DNA from: Candidatus Baldrarchaeum yapensis
GTDB lineage: Archaea; Asgardarchaeota; Baldrarchaeia; Baldrarchaeales; Baldrarchaeaceae
Reading direction: 5' to 3'
DNA length: 5,252 bases
Assembly: GCA_016840465.1 (NCBI GenBank)
Contig: JAEOSH010000080.1
Span: forward strand, 1 to 5,252
A model generated the notes under the pieces. It was not told the origin of the DNA. It did not search any database and saw only the letters and a list, made by a program, of their open reading frames with translations. This document shows, piece by piece, positions 1 to 5,252 of the stretch; the stretch's first letter is position 1, and every line of letters starts with the position of its first letter. A program made the translations under genes and the position numbers.

Positions 1-152
1 GTCTTGTCCGACTCTTGGCAAGAATCAATTATGTGCACAACCGCTGGATACTTTAATAATTTGTTTGTTATTTGTCGTATGAAGTAGCTTCGACATGCAA
101 TCATCCCGAAATGTTTTAGAGCTGGTGGTCGTATGAACAGAGGGTATTGGGG

Positions 153-527
153 ATGGTTGTGGGATCGACTATAGTTGATGTGAGGGTTCGTGGCCCCAGA
201 GCTGGGGTTGTGTTGAAGGCCGTGGTCGATACGGGTTTCTTTGGTGATCTGATCACGACGCCGGATAAAGTTGGTGCTTTAGGCATAGACTTCAGGTACG
301 AGAGGCCTCGAAGGCTGCCTGACGGTAAGCTTGTTAAGGTTAAATACGGTGGTGGCGAAATCGAGGTTCTGGACTCTGTAACGTATGGCGATATTGAGGT
401 GTGGAGGGATCTCAAGCTACCACCGGGTGTTGATGCACTACTCGGTGTCACAGCTCTTGGAAAAATGGGTTTCAGGGTGAACCCTAGGACTGGTGAGCTG
501 GAGAGGGTGGAACTGTACCTACTCTGA
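153..527 (+). CDS. Stand-alone clan AA (retropepsin-like) aspartic protease, ~124 aa
   Basis: Catalytic motif AVVDTGF followed by the second retropepsin motif DALLGVTAL and the C-terminal RVNPRTGEL segment typical of small archaeal homologues. The ORF track starts at TTG 147. ATG 153 is preferred because GAGGGT (140-145) lies 7 nt upstream. Ends with tandem stops TGA TAA (525-530). Confidence 0.88.
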   Translation: MVVGSTIVDVRVRGPRAGVVLKAVVDTGFFGDLITTPDKVGALGIDFRYERPRRLPDGKLVKVKYGGGEIEVLDSVTYGDIEVWRDLKLPPGVDALLGVTALGKMGFRVNPRTGELERVELYLL

Positions 528-538
528 TAATCAGTAGT

Positions 539-947
539 TCCATTGTAATAAGCGAGTTAGATCTTAAAATTGGAAAGTGGATAACACCATAAAGGGGGTT
601 AGGAGTTAGGAGTTTAGAGAGAGTTCGGAAAATGTCCTCGCCAAGTCTCTTGAGGGTTGCTCGACGTATACTAAAGCTAGCACTAGGAACTAGGAATCCA
701 TTAGATAGGGATGGACTATTTAGAGAGGCCTTCGACTCCTTATTCCATGCTATAAGGATAGCAGCGATAACTTATCTATCGACAGAGGTTGCTAGGTGGG
801 GATTATTAAAGAGGATGTTGCCGGATTAGAGAGTTCATTGACGTGCTTCATATAAAGATATATGGAGAATGCCCTAGAGACAGGGTTGAGGAAGAATACG
901 ACAAATGGTGCGGGATGGTTAAAGAAAACACTCATGTGGTCTATTAA
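539..947 (+). pseudogene. Disrupted HEPN-like domain gene (5'-truncated, internal stop, frameshift)
   Basis: The frame of ORF 632-829 reads SIVISELDLKIGKWITP*RGLGVRSLERVRKMSSPSLLRVARRIL...GLFREAFDSLFHAIRIAA...RWGLLKRMLPD*, with a stop at 590-592. A +1 frame then continues 828-947 as REFIDVLHIKIYGECPRDRVEEEYDKWCGMVKENTHVVY*. FREAFDSLFHAIRIAA resembles the HEPN N-terminal helix (consensus like RAYYAMFHAARA), and REFIDVLH fits the Rx4-6H HEPN motif. ATG 632 has no well-spaced SD. Confidence 0.6.
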
Positions 948-1077
948 GTAAACCTTCGCGATGTGGCCATCAACTGTTTCGACCTTACCGGATCGCCCAT
1001 CTTTCTCGCATTCAAAAATAAGTATGGGAGTTAGCTATATTCTCAACCTTTAAGTGTTTTCTGGTAGGTACTTTATG

Positions 1078-2871
1078 TTACTCGCCACTCATGCGTTCGT
1101 ACTCTTTGATCAGCTCTTCTCTTATTACTTTGCCTGTAGTCGTGAGCGGGAGTTCCTTTTTGATTATTATCCTTTTTGGAACGTTGTAAGGTGCCATGTT
1201 CTCCTTGCACCACTTTAATAGATCTTCTTCTGTTATTTTTCCTTCGTATTCTTCCTTCAGCTTAACGAAAGCTATCGGTACCTGTCCCTTTTCTGGGTCG
1301 CTTGCACCGATTACGCCAACCCTCTCTATTGCGGGGTGTTTAAGCATGATGAACTCTATCTGGGTGGGATAGACGCTAATTCCTGACACTTTTAGCATGT
1401 ACTTCTTCCGGGAGATGTAGTAGAAGAAGCCGTCCTCGTCGTACATTCCAATGTCTCCCGTGAACAACCAGCCATCCTTGAACGCTTTTGCTGTCTCTTC
1501 GGGTCTTCCTACGTACTCACTGACCACTGACGGTGACTTTATAGCGACTTCTCCCGGCTTACCCGGCGGGACCAAGTTACCGTTTTCGTCGACGATTTTT
1601 ATCAGGGTACCTGGACATGGAATTCCGCAGAATATTCCTCCATACTTTTCGCTTCTCTCTATGTCCATGTCATTCTTATGAAAGCCGGCAGTAAACGTGT
1701 CGCTGGTATGACTCTCCGTTAGTCCATATGCGGCTTCTCTAACAATCGCTCCAGTGAGTTCTTTCCATTTCTTTCTGAGTTCTTTTGTCAATCCTTTAAT
1801 AAAGCTAGAACCCATACAGTTTCTTAAAGATGTCAGATCGTACTTTCCAACTTCGGGATAATTTATAATTTCCCAGTAAAGATCGAACGGGACATACATT
1901 GTTGTAACTTTGTACTTATGAATAGCCTCTATTGCCGCTTTAACATCCCATCTAGTGAGTAGCACTATGGTGGAGCCGGACATGGTCGGGCCTACAACAC
2001 CTGTGTTGTTACCTGCAACCCAGAATATTGGCATAGCTGCCAATGTAACATCAGTTTGTGCAATCTCTGTTGCAAATTTTTCGAAGTCGACTTCTTGGTC
2101 TGGATAATATTCTACCAAAAGATGTGCGTTATAGTAAGTATATATGCAGGCACCAGTATACACGATATCTAGATGCTTGTGGTAGACTCCTTTCGGTAGA
2201 CCTGTGGTGCCGCCAGTAAAGTTCATTGTTGCGTTGTCATCAATTGAGACTTTCACGTCAGGTTTTTTCGGAGACGTTTTGTCTAATAGGTCGATGAGGT
2301 ACTGAACACCCTCCAACTTTTGAGTAGGGGCCTTCATCGAGGGGTGGATTGGAATTTCAGGAGTTTCCGGCAGAAAATCATTGAAAGATGTCGCTATAAC
2401 GTTGATGTCCTCCGAAACTTTTTTTGCTGCTTTATTGACTAGGGGGTAAATCAAGTCCAGGGTTAGTACAAATTTCGGCTTGGATTCTTGGAAGAAGTAT
2501 TCCAACTCTATCTCTTTGAGCATCGGATTTAGGAGGGCACAAATTCCGCCAGCTTTTAATGTGCCGAAATATCCAATATAGAACTGCGGGACATTAGGAA
2601 GAACCAACGCCAGTCGATCTCCTTTTTCGAAGCCATTTTCAATGAGGTAATTTGCTAATTTATTGCTTAATTCGTCCATTTCCTTATATGTTATTCTTCT
2701 TCCATAGTAAATTATGTAATCCTTTGATGGTTGCTTTTCAGAGTATTTCTCCAAGTATTCGTGTATTGGAATTTTTCCAAGCGGGTATACGGGCTCTTTT
2801 GGCAATGATGGATGAGGCCAGATCTTAGACCACTTCTCTTTCAGCATCTCAAAGTATTCTTCCTCTCTCAT
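1078..2871 (-). CDS. Acyl-CoA synthetase / fatty-acid--CoA ligase (ANL adenylating superfamily; resembles the PRK06178-type family)
   Basis: 597-aa ORF with the P-loop NFTGGTTGLPKG (A3), MPIFWVAG (A4), AYGLTE (A5), GEVAIKSP, GWLFTGDIG (A7), RKKYMLKVSG (A8) and TTTGKV with the A10 Lys. The N-terminus (EEEYF..L...W...P.EP.YPLG), SFIKGL and HTSDTFTAGF match my recollection of PRK06178 proteins. SD AGGTG (2879-2883, minus strand) lies upstream of the ATG. Confidence 0.95.
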   Translation of the reverse strand: MREEEYFEMLKEKWSKIWPHPSLPKEPVYPLGKIPIHEYLEKYSEKQPSKDYIIYYGRRITYKEMDELSNKLANYLIENGFEKGDRLALVLPNVPQFYIGYFGTLKAGGICALLNPMLKEIELEYFFQESKPKFVLTLDLIYPLVNKAAKKVSEDINVIATSFNDFLPETPEIPIHPSMKAPTQKLEGVQYLIDLLDKTSPKKPDVKVSIDDNATMNFTGGTTGLPKGVYHKHLDIVYTGACIYTYYNAHLLVEYYPDQEVDFEKFATEIAQTDVTLAAMPIFWVAGNNTGVVGPTMSGSTIVLLTRWDVKAAIEAIHKYKVTTMYVPFDLYWEIINYPEVGKYDLTSLRNCMGSSFIKGLTKELRKKWKELTGAIVREAAYGLTESHTSDTFTAGFHKNDMDIERSEKYGGIFCGIPCPGTLIKIVDENGNLVPPGKPGEVAIKSPSVVSEYVGRPEETAKAFKDGWLFTGDIGMYDEDGFFYYISRKKYMLKVSGISVYPTQIEFIMLKHPAIERVGVIGASDPEKGQVPIAFVKLKEEYEGKITEEDLLKWCKENMAPYNVPKRIIIKKELPLTTTGKVIREELIKEYERMSGE

Positions 2872-2949
2872 AAAGCTACACCTTTTACTAAAACTTTCGA
2901 GCGACCAATTTCTGACTTTATTTATTGTCTTTTACTCCCTTGTTAGTAC

Positions 2950-2966
2950 TTTTAAAAATTTTCCCC
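2950..2966 (-). promoter_or_regulatory. Archaeal BRE-TATA promoter of the acyl-CoA synthetase gene
   Basis: The minus strand reads GGGGAAAA-TTTTTAAAA: a purine-rich BRE directly followed by a TTTTTAAA box, about 80 nt upstream of ATG 2871. Confidence 0.6.
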
Positions 2967-3087
2967 GGATAGACCCCGTCAAAGAAAGTAAAAGGCAGGA
3001 AAGTTCTCGTTGTAAATGCATATAACAAAAGTGGTGAAGTGGCGGACGGCTAGGAAAATATTGGCAGGAAATGTTGAGGTTGGAAGC

Positions 3088-3512
3088 ATGTCAAGCAAGA
3101 AAGTTCTCTCATATGCCGGCGAATATCTAGTAGCGACGAGATTATCTCTTGTGGGGAGTATATTGAGGCTGTTATACCAAAGGGAGCTCCAGCTATCGAT
3201 ATAGTGGTATGTGATCCCGAAAAAGACGGATCTTCGCTCATACAGGTGAAGACCGTCAGGCGGGACATAGTTCCCTGGAGGTGAAGGCAACAAAAGAGAA
3301 TATCGAAGAACTTGATAGGAAATACCCGGCCTTACGTGGTCGTTTGTCTTACCGATACTGGTAAACGGAACTATGCAGAATTTTACATTGTACCAGCCAA
3401 GGACCTCAAAGAGGTTGCCAAGAGAAGATACCTTGAATAGCTAGGGAGAGGAAAGCATAAGAAGACTGAAGAGAGACTTGAACGGTTTCCCCAACCTTTA
3501 AAGTTGCCATGA
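3088..3512 (+). pseudogene. Fragmented PD-(D/E)XK-superfamily endonuclease
   Basis: ATG 3088 has SD GAGGT (3076-3080). It reads MSSKKVLSYAGEYLVATRLSLVG, then shifts -1 near GGGG 3153-3156 into EYIEAVIPKGAPAIDIVVCDPEKDGSSLIQVKTVRRDIVPW, with a stop at 3282. The same frame resumes YVVVCLTDTGKRNYAEFYIVPAKDLKEVAKRRYLE*LGRGKHKK (TAG 3438-3440) and stops at 3510-3512. The catalytic pattern is E (3121-3123), D (3198-3200), QxK (3243-3251). The AGEYLV...IDI...IQVKT...FYIVP layout is typical of small stand-alone members. The 3' end is uncertain. Confidence 0.8.
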
Positions 3513-3716
3513 AGGTTCCGAGTTCTTTGCCGAAGAGTTTGATAACATCAAAAGAGGTATTCATGTATCGGTTTGGTTTTGGGGCGTGCATATTTTGTGA
3601 GGATGGCGGATGGGGGTCGTAAGTGTCCCGTTGGTCTATCGCCAAAAATTGGTTCTGCAAAGAACGTGCTAACTTTGGATAGCATATTATTCGTAGGTTC
3701 ATTGACGTACGGGCAC

Positions 3717-3734
3717 ATTAAGAGAAAATTAAAG
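3717..3734 (-). terminator. Possible U-rich archaeal terminator after the enoyl-CoA hydratase gene
   Basis: The minus strand reads TCTTTAATTTTCTCTT about 20-35 nt past the stop at 3753. Pyrimidine tract only, so weak support. Confidence 0.25.
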
Positions 3735-3752
3735 ATATGGGGTGATTGCTGG

Positions 3753-4562
3753 TTACTTGCCCTTAAAAACGGGTTTTCTCTTCTCGAAAAATGCCTTCAC
3801 TGCCTCATTAAAATCTTCCGTCTTAAATTGCAAAGTTGCGGCTAGAAGTTCCATTGATAAGCCCGTATCCAGTCCTCTTATTGACCTGTTGATGCAGACT
3901 TTCGCAAGCCTTGTTATTAGAGGACTTTTTTCTGCTATTTCTCTTGCCAAGGCTATCACGGTCTCTTCAAGCTTTTCCCTAGGAACAACGATGTCAGCAA
4001 GCCCCATCTCTCCAGCTTCTTTCCCACTAATGTATCTACTCGTGAATATGAGAAGTTTCGCTTTGCTCTTGCCTACCCTTTCTGCGAGCCTCTGCGTACC
4101 TCCCCAGCTTGGGATAATACCCAATCTCTCTTCCGGCATTCCAAAGACTGCTTCTTCGGATGCAACTATGATGTCGCACGCAAGCGCGAGTTCCAAGCCG
4201 CCTCCCAGACAATAACCATCGACCATTGCAATTACCGGCTTATCGAAATTATATATCATGTTGTAGATTTCATGCGTCTCTAAAATAGCGTTCCATGCCT
4301 GAGGAATCTCTATCGGAAATTTTATTCCACTATCATATAAGTCGTCGCCCGATGAGAAAACGTATTTTCCTTCCGATGTTTTCGTGCCAGTTAATATCAC
4401 TACTCTGGTGTTAGGATCCTCCCTCAATATTTCAAACGCCCTCTTTAGCTCCCTTCTCATGGTCGGATTAAGCGCATTCAGCCGTTCAGGTCTATACATA
4501 ATCACTTTCATTATATTATCGTCGATCTTTTCCATTTTTATGAATTTGAATTCCTCCTTCAA
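3753..4562 (-). CDS. Enoyl-CoA hydratase/isomerase (crotonase superfamily)
   Basis: 269-aa ORF with RPERLNAL, FSSGDDL (oxyanion-loop equivalent), AMVDGYCLGGGLELALACD, FGMPEERLGIIPSWGGTQRL and C-terminal AFFEKRKPVFKGK. Both catalytic Glu equivalents (GGGLE, PE) are present. TTG start with SD GGGAGG (4570-4575, minus strand). Confidence 0.95.
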   Translation of the reverse strand: MKEEFKFIKMEKIDDNIMKVIMYRPERLNALNPTMRRELKRAFEILREDPNTRVVILTGTKTSEGKYVFSSGDDLYDSGIKFPIEIPQAWNAILETHEIYNMIYNFDKPVIAMVDGYCLGGGLELALACDIIVASEEAVFGMPEERLGIIPSWGGTQRLAERVGKSKAKLLIFTSRYISGKEAGEMGLADIVVPREKLEETVIALAREIAEKSPLITRLAKVCINRSIRGLDTGLSMELLAATLQFKTEDFNEAVKAFFEKRKPVFKGK

Positions 4563-4620
4563 GGAAATTCCTCCCTAAGAGGGATCACTGAAAGGTTTTT
4601 CAAAAAGTAACGTGATAAAA

Positions 4621-4638
4621 GTATAAAATTGTTTCTGC
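4621..4638 (-). promoter_or_regulatory. Probable BRE/TATA promoter of the enoyl-CoA hydratase gene
   Basis: The minus strand reads GCAGAAACAATTTTATAC, with a TTTTATAC box about 60 nt upstream of the start codon in an AT-rich intergenic stretch. Confidence 0.4.
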
Positions 4639-4712
4639 TTTCATAGTACTTCTGAGACTTTTTCTCAGAGATTGCAAAGTATTTACGTAGCCGCTCGCTG
4701 GCACTTGACAGT

Positions 4713-5252
4713 ATGATACACCGACACAACCACAAAGAGGCGAAACATGCACCGGCGGTTATGGAGGCGCTCCCATGCTCCATACGCGGCTACAAGCTCG
4801 ATCGATGGCTCTCTCCTAGATCCTGACGAAGACCACTGGCTCCAATGACTTCGTGACGTCCGCCACGGCCCCTTCATGTGCATTCTGACTCCATGGCCTT
4901 CCAGCCGAGGAAGATAGGAATGTGCAATGCCAAGAATCTTAACGGGATCCTCGGGAAGATCACTGCCGGAGTTCTGCGTCGCAGAAGAATTTCCATCGCG
5001 ATAGACACAGCTGAAATTCCATACTTCGGCACGCGCGACGAGTGGGTTCACTACTCCCCCACCAAGAAGTGCTACGTGCACAGGTACGTTGTAGCGGCCG
5101 CCATTGGCAGTCACCGGGGAATCCCACTCTTCATAAGGCTCTTCTCCATGTTCGACAGCCGCGCCGATAGCGTGGAGGCTGTGCTTCGTGACATTGAGAG
5201 GGCTTACATGAATTGTGGCTTTTTCTCTATTCTACAGTACGAAAAATTGTCG
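4713..5252 (+). mobile_element. Decayed DDE transposase of an ISH3-type (IS4-like) insertion sequence, running off the window end
   Basis: The frame is open from 4857 to 5252 and absent from the ORF track. It reads HSDSMAFQPRKI...RRRISIAIDTAEIPYFGTRDEWVHYS...YVHRYVVAAAIG...DSVEAVLRDIERAYMNCGFFS. IAID...IPYFG matches the first catalytic-Asp motif of ISH3 transposases, and YMNCGFFS matches a decayed YLDRGFYS. Upstream in the same frame, ATG 4713 is followed by stops at 4824 and 4854. Three hand-counted 60-nt lines give about 56% GC, versus 40% in one crotonase line. No terminal inverted repeat was identified. Confidence 0.75.

Noticed and set aside
13-39. Small palindromes TCTTG-G-CAAGA (13-23) and TGTGCACA (32-39)
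   Set aside because: Short and at the window edge, with no context to tie them to an operator or IS end.
116-451. Minus-strand 111-aa ORF
   Set aside because: Antisense shadow of the protease. It is S/T/P-rich and has no motifs.
598-618. Short tandem repeat GTTAGGA-GTTAGGA-GTTTAGA
   Set aside because: Only two exact 7-nt units, inside a decayed coding frame. Not a CRISPR array or a meaningful repeat.
948-1034. Open stretch VNLRDVAINCFDLTGSPIFLAFKNKYGS directly after the HEPN stop, in the same frame
   Set aside because: Too short, with no start codon or recognisable motif. It cannot be distinguished from random sequence.
1451-1681. Plus-strand 76-aa ORF
   Set aside because: Lies entirely antisense within the acyl-CoA synthetase and has no independent support.
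3151-3160. Programmed -1 frameshift at GTGGGGAG in the nuclease
   Set aside because: Not an X XXY YYZ slippery heptamer, and further stops downstream mean one recoding event could not give a full protein.
833-3738. 12-bp direct match GTTCATTGACGT (833-844 and 3687-3698), each followed by TAAAGATAT
   Set aside because: About one 12-bp match is expected by chance in 5 kb, and the spacing to the 9-mer differs between copies. No wider homology is visible.
2979-3845. Track ORFs 2979-3293(-), 3016-3204(+), 3050-3268(-), 3406-3702(-) and 3573-3845(+) as real genes
   Set aside because: They are explained as shadows or chimeric frames of the nuclease pseudogene. Only 3088-3155 of ORF 3016-3204 is family-like.
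3742-4783. Track ORFs 3742-4215(+), 4384-4578(+) and 4559-4783(-)
   Set aside because: The first two are antisense to the hydratase. The third runs through its promoter region and has no recognisable features.
4683-5114. Minus-strand 143-aa ORF
   Set aside because: Antisense shadow of the GC-rich transposase remnant.
4709-5252. CAGTATGATA (4709) and CAGTACGAAA (5235) as ISH3-type termini
   Set aside because: They are in direct rather than inverted orientation, and no partner end or target duplication is visible. This cannot be tested without sequence beyond the window.
1-5252. tRNA, rRNA, CRISPR array or intron
   Set aside because: No cloverleaf, rRNA-like sequence or regularly spaced repeats were seen on either strand.

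Overview
Archaeal-looking window (BRE-TATA-type promoters, GGTG/GGAGG ribosome-binding sites; lineage not determinable from the sequence). Two intact fatty-acid catabolism genes lie on the minus strand: an ANL-superfamily acyl-CoA synthetase (1078-2871) and an enoyl-CoA hydratase (3753-4562), each with its own apparent promoter. They alternate with plus-strand accessory DNA: an intact stand-alone retropepsin-like aspartic protease (153-527) and three broken genes that the ORF track misses or only partly shows. These are a HEPN-like remnant (~539-947), a shattered PD-(D/E)XK endonuclease (3088-~3512) and a decayed ISH3/IS4-type transposase (~4713 to window end). I found no rRNA, tRNA or CRISPR array, and no convincing intact novel system. 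The best leads are the hidden nuclease pseudogenes, the protease/HEPN junction, and a ~20-aa insertion near the substrate pocket of the acyl-CoA synthetase. All family assignments come from motif recognition, not from database searches.
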